A DNA stretch of 63,020 nucleotides, filler included, from Dugesia japonica (lineage: Eukaryota), in the NCBI GenBank assembly GCA_001938525.1. It is 6 parts of 6 records of this genome, joined end to end, with 100 filler letters (N's around TTAATTAATTAA, not from the genome) between each part and the next. Parts side by side here need not be neighbours in the genome. Positions count along the whole stretch, not along the records: positions 43,904 to 54,335 come from MQRL01272482.1; positions 54,436 to 63,020 come from MQRL01518273.1; 4 more parts are not named here. The stretch is one strand, 5' to 3'. The notes under the pieces are model-generated. The model did no database searches, had not been told where the DNA came from, and saw only the letters and a program-made list of their open reading frames with translations. A program made the position numbers and the translations under genes. Below are positions 50,327 through 62,356 of this stretch, in pieces (positions within the stretch are counted from its first letter, which is position 1; each line of letters starts with the position of its first letter).

Positions 50327-53300
50327 CGCCCAGTCCTTTTTTACGCAATTTTTCCGTTGTTACGCGATTTTTACCAAAATTTGTTTACAAAATAAATCCA
50401 TTTAAAGAAGTGGTGACCCTGCGCAAAATTATGTATGGGGTATATGGCTGGTCTACAACTTTTTAAAATAAAATTCATTTATTACATTCGGTGAATAGCA
50501 CGTTTCCGATGTAAATGTTACCACTTCAAATTATTATGTCAAATAAACCCTTAAAAGCAAAATAATAAATATGAATTGAAAATGGAAATGATGTTCTTGG
50601 AGTAAAAAACCTTAAATAAACACGTGCATTCAAAAATAAAATAATTCATACTTGCATATGTATTTCAGCAAAGCAGTTACAAATTGGCATTTGTTCATAC
50701 AACACGTAATCTTTGATTTATCCTGACAAACACACTTAATCAAACAATTCTCACTTTTTCGTGTGACTTGGGAATATGTACGTATATGTACGTTAAAGAT
50801 TTTTAAAAAGCGTAACAAATATTGTGAGGAAAAGATTAGATTAAAATAAAGATTGGTATAATATGCTAATTAAAAACGAGAATAAGAAAATGAGTAGAAC
50901 TAAATATTGATTATAAAAAATTGATTGTTGGCTAAACTGTCTAATAACTATTTTCCGAATAATTTTATGATTGTTGGATTTTTGTCTATTGTTGGATTTT
51001 TGTCTATTGTTGGATCTTATCAAATTGTTTATCCAGTTATTTGAAGTTCTTTATTATTTGAGTCGGGTAATTTTGATTTGTATAGTTTTTTTTTTATTAA
51101 ACAGTAATTTTAATTTAATGTTAATACTTAAATATACTGATTTAAATTAAATTCTTAATTTACTTAATATTAATAAACCTTTCCGCAAGAATATGATTGG
51201 TAATTCTACATCCCCTAACAAATATATTACTGGGGGTCGAAATATATATATAAATGGAATGCAAATCAGCGAAGGTCTCTTAGTGCAAAAGAATCTCACT
51301 GGAAAGAAAAATTAAAGTTTTGAACTGTCTAAAAGAAGGCTTTGGTCCGACTAAAGTAGGGAATAAACTTGGACTTAGTGAATCTACCATGAGAACAATA
51401 AAGAAAAATGAAAGTGTCATAAGATAATCAATAATTTCTGTCAAAAAATAACGGAAACTACATCGTCATATTGTAGATATGTCAACTTAGAAATTATGGA
51501 GAAAATTTTGGCCATCTGAATCAAAGATCTCAACCAGAAAAGAATTCCAGTTGACACAGCTACGATAAAGACAAAGGCTATTTGTTTATATAACCAAATA
51601 CTGCCCAAAAAATAATCAAAATAATCTGAACACCAGAAAACAATATACGCATTTTCAGCCAGTGAAGGATGGTTTTCCAATTTTCTTCAAAGGCATAGTT
51701 TCCATAATTTTCAAACTAAAGGCGAAATTGCATCCACTTATATAAAAGCAGCCAAGAATATACATCAACTCTCGCAAGAATTATTAAAGATGGTGGGTGT
51801 ACTCTGGAGCAGGTTTTTAATGCCGATGAGACTGGCTTGTTCGGGAAGAGACTACCTAATCGAACATATGTATCAAAAACCCAAAAATTGCTAGGAGGCC
51901 TCAAAGTTGCAAAAGATAATGTGAAATTCTTACTTTGTAGCAATGCTTCTGGAGATAGAATGATCAAACGCTGATGATAAACAAAAAGTTTAGGCCGCGT
52001 GCACTAAAGGAGAATGATTTAAATGAGCTACCAGTCCATTGGTTAGCTAATAAAAAAGCTTGGGTTACTGCACCCATATTTACACAATGGTTTAAGAAAT
52101 GGTTTGTACCAGAGTTGTATGTGTCTTCAGCAGTAATATGCATGGTGGAAATCACTATGGCCAGAATGTACTAAAAGTTAAATATCTCCCACAGAAAATG
52201 CACTAATTATTCGGAAATTATAAATATGCTACACAGCATAAATAGTGAAGGCTTCGAAAATACTACGCGAGCGATATTGACGAGATCTTACTCTACCAAA
52301 TGCTAAACGAAGAGGACTTGATAGAAATTGCTAGGACTAATAACGATTCAGAAAATAGCAGTGACGAGAAAGCAGAGGAACCAACATTTAAAGCTGAAAC
52401 GATTCAAGAAGGATTGAAAATGTCAACACAAATAGTAAATTATTTTTTGACAAATGATCTCGATACTAAGCGTGCTAGAAGATTTCAAAATGATTGAAGA
52501 CTCTGCATGAACTATATAAGGGAAACTTTTAAAAATGTTTTAAAAAGGGAATTTTTCATTTTGTTTGAATATTTAAGTTTTTGAAAACGTTTTAGCGAAA
52601 ATTTGGATTTGGAGAATATTGGATTATAAAGTAAATTTTGTATATTTTTATAACATTTTACTATTTTATTGTAATTCAGTTGTAATTTATTAAGTTGTAA
52701 ATAATTAATATTCTAAAGATCTTTAATTGTTTTCAGCTATTTTTGTTGTAATGAATACAAAAGAAGAAGAAAATATTATTAATGAGGTGCGTATTCCTCA
52801 GAAACTACAACGAACTTTATAAAGAACTACTGCCACGGAAAATACAGAAAACCTCCCAAAAACGTATAACGGAATTTATTGTAAAGAAAATTAATTTACC
52901 CTTGGATCAAGAAAATAAATCTAATGTAATAATAATTGACTCGGCTCAAGAATCTCGAGAAAATAGTATTTCATTTAATGAGTCTGACCAAAATTCAGAT
53001 ACAAGCAAAATTCAATATGTCCAATTTAAAAAATCGCAAACGATGATATCTCGCCACCGAGAGTGACAGCAGCGAATTATTTCCATAGGTGAACATTATT
53101 ATGCAAAGATACACACATACACACACGAATCTGTGTGTCGCATTATATTTTTATAATAAATAAAGAAAAAAAAATTAAAAAAATATTTTTTTTTGCGAAA
53201 ATTTGATGAGCAAATTTTGAGTTTTCATACGTTTTGCTACTTTTTTTTACGCGATATTTTGATTTTTGGAACCGATTTATCAAATTATATGAAAGTAGAG

Positions 53301-53356
53301 TTTTTTTACGCGCCATTTTCTGGAACCAATGTACCGCGTAAAAAGAGGATTGGATG
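50327..53356 (+). mobile_element. Tigger/pogo DNA transposon with TIRs; degenerate, partly deleted transposase (~51255-53066)
   Basis: TIRs CGCCCAGTCCTTTTTTACGC / GCGTAAAAAGAGGATTGGATG flanked by TA. Motifs FSASEGWFSNF, QVFNADETGLF and NKKAWVT...F..WF. Confidence 0.9.
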
Positions 53357-53594
53357 TACTTAAGAAATTTATGTGCATGACTGATTGAAATTGTTGAATA
53401 ATTGTTGAAAAATTGAAAATAATAATTATGAAAGTGAAGTATTTTTTGTATATGAATTAAGGAAATTAATTTATATTTACATGAAATTTGTTTATACTTG
53501 AAAGAAATTGATGTCCATCTGAAAATATTGCATATTATGTAAGGAATTAGTATGACGTATATATTCTAATGAAATTAATACATACATTACACAT

Positions 53595-54243
53595 AATAAA
53601 ATAAAATTAAAATATTAAAAAGAAAATTAAAATATAATTAAAATATAATTAAAATAAAATTAAAATAAAATAATATTAAAATATAATTAAAATATAATTA
53701 GAATATAATTTAAAAAAATTAAATTAAATTATAATAAAATAAATTAAAATTAAAATAAAATTAAAATAAAATTAAAATAAAATTAAAATAAAATTAAAAT
53801 AAAATTAAAATAAAANNNNNNNNNNNNNNNNNNNNNNNNNNNNNNNNNNNNNNNNNNNNNNNNNNNNNNNNNNNNNNNNNNNNNNNNNNNNNNNNNNNNN
53901 NNNNNNNNNNNNNNNNNNNNNNNNNNNNNNNNNNNNNNNNNNNNNNNNNNNNNNNNNNNNNNNNNNNNNNNNNNNNNNNNNNNNNNNNNNNNNNNNNNNN
54001 NNNNNNNNNNNNNNNNNNNNNNNNNNNNNNNNNNNNNNNNNNNNNNNNNNNNNNNNTTTAAAAAAATTAAATTAAATTATAATAAAATAAAATATAATTA
54101 GAATAAAAATTAAATAAAAATAAAATAAAATTAAAATAAAATTAAAAAAAAATTAAAATAAAATATAATTAGAATAAAAATTAAATAAAAATAAAATTAG
54201 AATAAAAATAAAATTAAAATTAAATTAAAATTAAAATAAAATA
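53595..54243. repeat. AT satellite (AAAATT/AAAAT)n
   Basis: Visible tandem array spanning an N gap. Confidence 0.9.
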
Positions 54244-54435
54244 TTGTTGGGGTTTTACCCATTTTATTTAGATGATTTATGTAATTATTTCTAGGGGGTC
54301 CATCTTTATATAAAATCAGGTCTAGGATCATTGATNNNNNNNNNNNNNNNNNNNNNNNNNNNNNNNNNNNNNNNNNNNNTTAATTAATTAANNNNNNNNN
54401 NNNNNNNNNNNNNNNNNNNNNNNNNNNNNNNNNNN

Positions 54436-55043
54436 TAAGTTTCCATCATCTTTAATGATATTGGGTGTTGCCAGCAACGAAGTTCATGTTATGCCTCCGT
54501 ATTTCTTTCCACAGGGGCTTAGAATTAATGCATTTGCTTATATCGAGGCTTTGGGTACCTGTGTGAAGCCCTGGATTGAAAACGTTGCCCACGGAAGATC
54601 TTATGTGTTGCAGCAAGATTCAGCTCCTTGTCATACAGCAATAAAAACACAAAAATGGCTAGCGCTAAATTTTCACGACCATGTCACTCCAAACTTATGG
54701 CCACCTAGCTCACCCGATTTAAATCCTTTAGATTATTTTGTATGGGGCGTCGTAGAGAAGGAGACGAACAAACATCCTCATAATACCAAGGATTCATTAC
54801 GAGCTTCTATAAGTTCTGCAATGATAAATATGAACAAAAACCATTTGATCGCGGCGTGTAAGCTTTACAGAAGCCGTCTTGAAGCTGTAATTGACACTAA
54901 AAGTGATTTTACTGAATAAATATCTCTTGTGTACTTAAAACAATTATTGTTTCTAATATTGCTTAAAAATATACATATTTGTCATTAAAAATATTACTTT
55001 GCGTTAATATCAATTTTTGTCCTCAAATAGCTGACGCACCCTG
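54436..55043 (+). mobile_element. maT (DD37D) Tc1/mariner-superfamily element, 3' half
   Basis: QQDSAPCH...WPPSSPDLNPLDY with 37 residues between the catalytic Asp residues; right TIR ...GCTGACGCACCCTG. Confidence 0.9.
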
Positions 55044-56380
55044 GATAAGATTAATATCACTTTACATAATTTCAATTATTGTGAGAATAATTGTTGGACT
55101 TAACCATTGATCGCATTTGAGATTTCATTAAAATAANTAAAAAGCTTCTATCAAAATATTTTGATCGAAGCTTTTTCTTTATTTTAATGAAATCGTTTTA
55201 CATTGTTATTAATCCAAATTATTCCAGTGTCCTCAATAATCAAATAAATAAAATTATAAATTTCTTATTTGAACTTACACTTTTATTTATTTATGTTTTT
55301 TTTGCTTAAACAACTTAATTATAAAAAGAAATCATAATCTTGTCATCTACTGAAATTGAGCCATTTAAAACTAATTGATTAAATGTCAAATTATTCGGAT
55401 AAATATTTCTTAAATTACGAAACAAATGGGTCGAATGTTTTCAATTAACTTTCAATATAGAACGTTAATATGTAAATAATTATATTTGTAAAAAAAGATT
55501 TGTCTGATTAATTTGTTTAATTAATTATTAATGTTACACGAAATAAAGTTTAATTAGTGTTACATCACAATAATCTATTAAACTTTATAGTTCTTTTTAG
55601 TTTTATATAACATAATTACCAAACTGATAATAGATTCGTGCAATTTGATTGGATCCGTATGATATAAATTATACAAATAGGTATTCATTTAAAACTTACT
55701 AAGTGCTTTTTAAAGTTTAGTGATTATTTTTAAGGATATAATAAATAAACAAACCCACAGCGAGCACAGACACACAATATTATATACGCACATTTTTATT
55801 TAAAGTTTAGTAAGTGATATTTTAATAAAATTAAAATTATAAATATTAAGATAGCACAATACAGTCAAGGCAATGTACATATAGATGAGACCGGTTGCAA
55901 AGTNNNNNNNNNNNNNNNNNNNNNNNNNNNNNNNNNNNNNNNNNNNNNNNNNNNNNNNNNNNNNNNNNNNNNNNNNNNNNNNNNNNNNNNNNNNNNNNNN
56001 NNNNNNNNNNNNNNNNNNNNCCAATTCATTTTAGTCGAAGAAAACCAAAATTCCAGTTAAAGAAAAGAATTTTGTAACAAAAATAAATATACTTTTAATT
56101 ATCTTCTTTCCTACAATAGTTTCTAAAATCTTGATATAAATACTTTTATTACACAGAATCTTTCCTCAAAATAATTAAGNAGATCATTTAAAAGCTACAA
56201 AAATGAATTTAAACATGGAAAATTAAAAAAATTTCTTAATAAATAAAGCACTTACTAACCGTACATTAACACTTAGTAAACTTTAAATAGTGTAGAATGA
56301 ACAACACAATAGATAACTTGATAAATACACAATTATTTACCATTTTATTTCATTATTATCATGGAAACAATAAAGTATTT

Positions 56381-59300
56381 TTAAGAATTAGAGAAAAATA
56401 CATCATATTTTATCAAGTACCTTTCAAAACCAAATTTGTTTCTAATAGTTTCCATAAATAAAAGAATTTTAGTTGTATTCGGGTCTGTTAAACTCTGAAA
56501 CGGTAGAAAATATATAAAATGTGAAGGATAAACTTTAAATAATGACGAATTAGTGAAGCTTTTCGTAATCAAATCTGTTAATTTATTATTAAAATCATCT
56601 GGTAAAGCTTCTTCATTTAAGAAAATTGTCAAATAATATCCTAATTTCGACTGTAAAATAGCTTCAACAAATTTCCCATGATATTCAAGTCGATCATGAC
56701 TCAAAATCGCAATATTGGTCAGTATGTGTCTCAATTCAGAGATTTCCGATGCTGTTACTAAAACCATACAATTTCTTATTTTAGCTCTCTCGACTAGATT
56801 AATAACTCCATGTCTCGACAAAGAATCGAGATTTGATAATGGATCGTCTAGAATAATAATTTCCGGATAACCAATAATGGCAACAGCAATATCTAATTTT
56901 TTCACATTGGTTTTCGATAGTTGTTTCATTCTCGTATTCAAATCATTATTCAATAATAATATCGTAGAAATTTCACAGATGAAATTTTTCAAATTATTCT
57001 CCGGCAGAAGTTTTAACCGACCCCAATACATCAGTGTTTCTTGGACAGTTAAATCGGAAACGTAAAAGATTTTCTCTGAACAATACCCAATTTTCACTCC
57101 TCGTTCTTTAAAGTTTCTTATTCTAACATATTGATTATAAAGATAAATTCCACCAGTTGTCGGAAGATTTTTACCGATAATTATTTTCAGAAAATCAGTT
57201 TTTCCCGAATTATTTCTACCAATAATTCCCCAAACTGTTCCTTGTTTAAATTCAATACTGACATTTTCAAAATACAATTTTCGGTTTTTAATGAAACTCA
57301 AATCTTTAATAAATAAAAACGAATGTTCTTTACAAAGATTTTTAACTCTTCGTTTTTTCAATAGTATTGAACCGTGTCGATATTTGTTGATTAATTCTTT
57401 GATTCGAAATTTTTCTTGATGCCAAATAAATAAAACCAACATATAGAAAACACATTGTAGAACTAAAACCCCTTTAATATTGCCGCTTCTTTTGTCGGTT
57501 ATCGATTTTAGAGCTGCATTTAAACTGGCCGATGGGAAAATAATTTGAAATAATTTATCGAACATATAGAAATTCAGATTATGAACTTTCACTCCGGCAT
57601 AACTGAATTTCTGGATTTTAATAATATAATTAATCATGTAAATCACATTCAAAAAAAACACAATAAACACATCGATACAATAGAAAACGAAAATGATTAA
57701 TGTATTATAATTCGAAATGTTTTGTATTAATAATTTAAATGAAGAATCTGCTAGAACGAAAAACATAAATACTAATAAAATATCGAACACGTTTCCTTGA
57801 ATCGCAGTGATTTCGTGGTCTTCCATCACATACAACAAAAGAATCATAAAACACATAATCAATAAATAAGAGAATACATCCATTAAGTACGTGGGTAAGT
57901 GTAAAATGGAAAAGTTTATCCCAGCTAAATCATGTATCATGTAGAATTGTTGGTGGACATTTTGTGAAATGTAACGATAAGTCGATAGAGCATATGCAAA
58001 GAGTATTATCATTATTAATCTCATTAGAAAATTTATTTCTACTTCTTCTATATGTATAGTTAAATCTGAACGTTCTAATCGTTTGATAAAAACGCTTTTC
58101 GGTGACATAATTATGTTATCGGCTAAATTATAAGCGAAAATCTGACTCTTATAATCGTTTGCTAGAACTATTGCTTTCATTTCGTGGTCGGTTAAAATCG
58201 TAAAGTAAAGACCGAATAAAGTGAAATTATTATATTCTAAATAATCGGTTTGGCCTTTGTCAAAGAGATATGTTTGAAAAATGGGAAAAGAGCTACTATT
58301 CCACTTATAGTTAAATGTGTTGACTTTTGTGATGAAAGAAACGTTATTTTGGAGTTTATCGAAAATAATCGAACAAGAATTATGAGCACCTTCGCATGCA
58401 ATGAAAATCTGATAGTTTTCAGTGATTTCTTCGATATACGATGAAAGATAGAAACCGTGATCCATGAAAAGAATCGTTGGATGACTTAAACTCGTTGAAT
58501 GAACCCAAACGAAAAGTACAAGAATCGGAATGATAAATCTCATAAATAATCGATTTGGATAACGACAGAAAAACATTATTCTTTGCGTAAGAAATAAACC
58601 GAAATATCTTTTGTAGATTTCCGATTTTTGTTTGATTTTCTCGGGTAATAAATCGTATTGATTGAAATTAATTCGTTTTTTCTTTTTCTTTTTCAAATAT
58701 AAATCGTACGCATTCGATAGGAAATTTCTCATGCCAATCGCTACGAATTTATAACGCCAAATTCCGAGTTTCAATCCATATCGATCGAGTGAATTTAATA
58801 ATTTCCAAATTTCATCGACATCCATTTTTGGAACACTGAAATACGAAATTCCGTCAATAGTTTCATCGAATCTAACACTGGGAAACGCTTGTTTTAAATA
58901 TCGAATTAATGTGTAATCACTCATTTTTGCTTCTACACAACACATTAATCGATATAGCATTTTGTTTATGTGGAAATTTTCCACATCAGCCTGAGAAACT
59001 TTTCGACCGTTAATTAAAACCACAACCGAATCGGAAATGTATTCGATTGTATTCGAATTACAACTCGTATAAATGATAGTTTTAAACGTTTTCTGATTGG
59101 CGAATAATGCACACACACTCTGCATTAACATATAATCCAATCCTTCCATTGGATCATCGAGTAAAACAACTGGTTTCTCTGAAAGGAACGTGCAAATGAT
59201 TTTGATCACTCGAATTATCGACATTGGGCAGGAATTTAACGTTATTCGTAAATATTTTTCAATTTGACAAATTCCAATAAAATCATTCAAATGTTTTCCT

Positions 59301-61087
59301 AATTTTTCCGAATTGTTATTTTTCTGATTTTTACGAATTATCAGTTGAAAATATTCGCCAACTGTAAGAAAACTGAATATTCTCGTGTCGTCGATATATT
59401 TACTGATATTTTGAAAAGCTTCTTTTCGATTTTTCTTAACATTATATCCGTTGATTATTAATTTTCCCGAATTAAACGGCATTAATCCCGATAAAATACT
59501 CAATAGTGTGGTTTTTCCCGATCCATTCGGTCCGAGAATCGTTGTGATTTTATTCTTTCGAAATTTCACACTGACATCTTTCAAAATCTTTCTCCAACAA
59601 CCGTTCAAATAGAACAATTTCATCACTTTATTCAAAGAGATTATGTAATCGGATTTCGGAAAAATCACTTGATTTTCCAGGAAACTATCCCGGGAAATCG
59701 CCGGAGATTCCAGTGAAGTGAAATGTTTTCGTTTACGTTTATTGATATTGGCTTTCTTCATCGTTCGGATGTTACGAGATTTTTCGAATTTTGGAATAAA
59801 ATCCATCAGAATATCGTTGAGAAAATTCATATAAAAAATAAATAAAAGTCCCAATCCAGAATGGATTAATTGGAAATTAATCGACATTTTGAAACTGAAA
59901 CATTCATTTAAATATTCTTCATCGAGCGTAAAAAACGCAATTGCATATCGACGTTTTGCTTGATGATCTTCTAATGTCGTCAATGACCAACCGATAGCGA
60001 AAAACGGCGATAAACTCGTCAAATATTGAAATCCACAATAGGCGCCATTATTTTGACCGAAAGCAAATATATATAACAATTGCGGACAAATAATCATTCC
60101 GATAAAATACAGAGCATTATACGTGCTGATATTGAATTCAGACAACGCCATACCGAATATTAAAATCGTGTTTGTATTAATGAAAAACGTCGCTAATAAA
60201 GTATACCATGGAATGGAGTTGATGATTTTCGCATTGAAATAATCGGTACACAATGCCAGACTTGTAAACACAAAAATGAGAGAACAAACACTATGATAAA
60301 GCAATCCGATAATGAAATAATTTGCTATTGTGTACCAACCTTTTTGAGGAACTATACATTTCCTACTTAATCTACGAACAGTTTTTACATGTAAGATTAT
60401 AACACCGAATATCAAATAATAAAACAATAATTGAACACATGGCCAATGTAATTCATAATAAATAGAATTCGGTAAACCCGTTACAGAAATTTGCGGTATT
60501 TTTAAATTTGTATCAAATACAAACAAAATGCATTTGATAATATGCATTAAAGCTAAATATGGTGACAGAAGATCTCTTGATAATGATAATTCATATCCAT
60601 AATTCCCAATTACCGGTGAACTATAAGTTATACTAAGCAAATGATACGATCTGTTCATATTTTCCGTTGTAATAGAATTATAAGAAAAATTTTCCACCAG
60701 TAAAACATCTTCGAAGATTATTGCAATATATGTATAATTCTTTGCTTTATCGGTTTTCCAATTTTCTAAAATCGGATTAATACTTGATGGTTCTTTGAAT
60801 CCTTTTGGTGTGTTTCTATAACTCAAATGTTTCATTGCGTCTACCATTAGAGGACTGATTGGTGCATAAGCGATAAACAATTCCTTGTTTGGTATTGTAT
60901 TTTCGGCATTTAAAATGAAAAACTGAGGTTTTATTGGTCGTAAAATATCTTTGAAACAAATCATAATAAAGGGATTTAGAAAAACGAAAAACAGAATTAG
61001 TGGAATGTAATTTTTAGAAATAGCTAAATTTATTCTGAAAAATAAATAAACGACTTGATAAATATCAATGAAAACATTAATGTTCAT
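56381..61087 (-). CDS. Intronless full-size ABC transporter, subfamily A-like (TMD-NBD-TMD-NBD), divergent
   Basis: 1568-aa ORF with two TM blocks, each with a large loop after TM1. Walker A GPNGSGKTT and GRNNSGKT; Walker B LLDDP..LD / ILDDP..LD; C-terminal GYYLTI motif of ABCA regulatory domains. Confidence 0.9.
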   Translation of the reverse strand: MNINVFIDIYQVVYLFFRINLAISKNYIPLILFFVFLNPFIMICFKDILRPIKPQFFILNAENTIPNKELFIAYAPISPLMVDAMKHLSYRNTPKGFKEPSSINPILENWKTDKAKNYTYIAIIFEDVLLVENFSYNSITTENMNRSYHLLSITYSSPVIGNYGYELSLSRDLLSPYLALMHIIKCILFVFDTNLKIPQISVTGLPNSIYYELHWPCVQLLFYYLIFGVIILHVKTVRRLSRKCIVPQKGWYTIANYFIIGLLYHSVCSLIFVFTSLALCTDYFNAKIINSIPWYTLLATFFINTNTILIFGMALSEFNISTYNALYFIGMIICPQLLYIFAFGQNNGAYCGFQYLTSLSPFFAIGWSLTTLEDHQAKRRYAIAFFTLDEEYLNECFSFKMSINFQLIHSGLGLLFIFYMNFLNDILMDFIPKFEKSRNIRTMKKANINKRKRKHFTSLESPAISRDSFLENQVIFPKSDYIISLNKVMKLFYLNGCWRKILKDVSVKFRKNKITTILGPNGSGKTTLLSILSGLMPFNSGKLIINGYNVKKNRKEAFQNISKYIDDTRIFSFLTVGEYFQLIIRKNQKNNNSEKLGKHLNDFIGICQIEKYLRITLNSCPMSIIRVIKIICTFLSEKPVVLLDDPMEGLDYMLMQSVCALFANQKTFKTIIYTSCNSNTIEYISDSVVVLINGRKVSQADVENFHINKMLYRLMCCVEAKMSDYTLIRYLKQAFPSVRFDETIDGISYFSVPKMDVDEIWKLLNSLDRYGLKLGIWRYKFVAIGMRNFLSNAYDLYLKKKKKKRINFNQYDLLPEKIKQKSEIYKRYFGLFLTQRIMFFCRYPNRLFMRFIIPILVLFVWVHSTSLSHPTILFMDHGFYLSSYIEEITENYQIFIACEGAHNSCSIIFDKLQNNVSFITKVNTFNYKWNSSSFPIFQTYLFDKGQTDYLEYNNFTLFGLYFTILTDHEMKAIVLANDYKSQIFAYNLADNIIMSPKSVFIKRLERSDLTIHIEEVEINFLMRLIMIILFAYALSTYRYISQNVHQQFYMIHDLAGINFSILHLPTYLMDVFSYLLIMCFMILLLYVMEDHEITAIQGNVFDILLVFMFFVLADSSFKLLIQNISNYNTLIIFVFYCIDVFIVFFLNVIYMINYIIKIQKFSYAGVKVHNLNFYMFDKLFQIIFPSASLNAALKSITDKRSGNIKGVLVLQCVFYMLVLFIWHQEKFRIKELINKYRHGSILLKKRRVKNLCKEHSFLFIKDLSFIKNRKLYFENVSIEFKQGTVWGIIGRNNSGKTDFLKIIIGKNLPTTGGIYLYNQYVRIRNFKERGVKIGYCSEKIFYVSDLTVQETLMYWGRLKLLPENNLKNFICEISTILLLNNDLNTRMKQLSKTNVKKLDIAVAIIGYPEIIILDDPLSNLDSLSRHGVINLVERAKIRNCMVLVTASEISELRHILTNIAILSHDRLEYHGKFVEAILQSKLGYYLTIFLNEEALPDDFNNKLTDLITKSFTNSSLFKVYPSHFIYFLPFQSLTDPNTTKILLFMETIRNKFGFERYLIKYDVFFSNS

Positions 61088-61299
61088 TTAAATTTTAATC
61101 AACTGTTAATTGTTTAATTTAAACAGTTCATTTTTTCACTTCAATTGAATTAGTTTTTATACCGTGAAATCCCGTTTTTACGTTTTTGAAGAAACTAATA
61201 AAAAACGTAATTAGAGAGATAATGTAGATTAGAAATTAGAAAATAAATTTAAAATTGTAAATTATTTTTTATTTAGATAATCACACAAATCGTTTTGGT

Positions 61300-61850
61300 A
61301 GATATTTTTGTACAGGTTTAAAACTCTTTCGATCTTATAAATCGAAAAGGAAGTTTCGTCAATGATACCAAAGCAGGTTGGTAATTAGCATCTTTTGTTG
61401 AAAGGATTAAGCTTATCTCTTCTTCACCAGATAATTCTTCGTTGGGTAAGTTTTCGATGATTTGACTATATCATTGATCTTCATAACTTCAAATGTCATC
61501 ATCCTTATGTTGAGGTCCATCTAATTTTGTAAAGTTTCGATAGACATTTGTTACCATCTGTAATATTTTATACTTGTGTTTCTAGTCGAAGCTCTCATTG
61601 CTAGCTTCTTCTATTTTATCTTCTTGTTCCTTAACGATTCCATTATTTCGAAAACAAGTTTTGATTGTTATTTCTTCAATTTCACTCCATGCCTTATGAT
61701 GCAAATGAATATTATTTTATTCACGACAATGCATCCATTTATAATAATGTTCTCAAAACAAAGGTAAATAACAATTATCCACGAGAATCTTTCAAAAATT
61801 ATTTTTCCCCTTTGAAATTCAAGTCGCGAAAAATTCTGACAAACTATTTG
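61300..61850 (-). pseudogene. pogo/Tigger transposase C-terminal remnant
   Basis: KAWSEIEEITIKTCFRNNG followed by an acidic tail (EELSGEEEI). Confidence 0.55.
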
Positions 61851-61951
61851 GATTTCAAAAAGTCTTCCAAATTCAATTACATAAGATTGTCTATTTCGCG
61901 ATTATTCGAGGAAAATCAAAATTCAAGTCTTTTTATCCCACATGTTTATTA

Positions 61952-62356
61952 CCGTATTTTCCGGGGTATAAGCCGCGGCTTAAACGTTTAAATTATGAGA
62001 ATTTGGAAAAAAATATAGGATGCGGCTTATATGCCGATTTTATTTTATGTTGTATAAGCCGCGGCTTATACGCGTAAAATTGTTTATTGTTTTTTATACT
62101 TCTTTGTTTTTAATCTTTATAATATTATATGTATATAGTAAAGTTAAATTTTCTACTTTAATTAATTTGATTTTATAATTGATATTTGATTAAAATATCA
62201 AAATATACCAATTAGTTATTTTCATTTTTATGTATAATCAATAGACGCTTTGGATGAAATAGTATACCTTATCCAGATTTCAGCCGCGGCTTATACGTTG
62301 AAATTTTGAGAATTACAAAAAAATAATAAATGCGGCTTATACCCCAAAAAATACTG
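61952..62356. mobile_element. Tc2/pogo-like MITE
   Basis: TIRs CCGTATTTTCCGGGGTATAAGCCGC / GCGGCTTATACCCCAAAAAATACTG with TA TSD, and an internal repeated palindrome TATAAGCCGCGGCTTATA. Confidence 0.85.
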
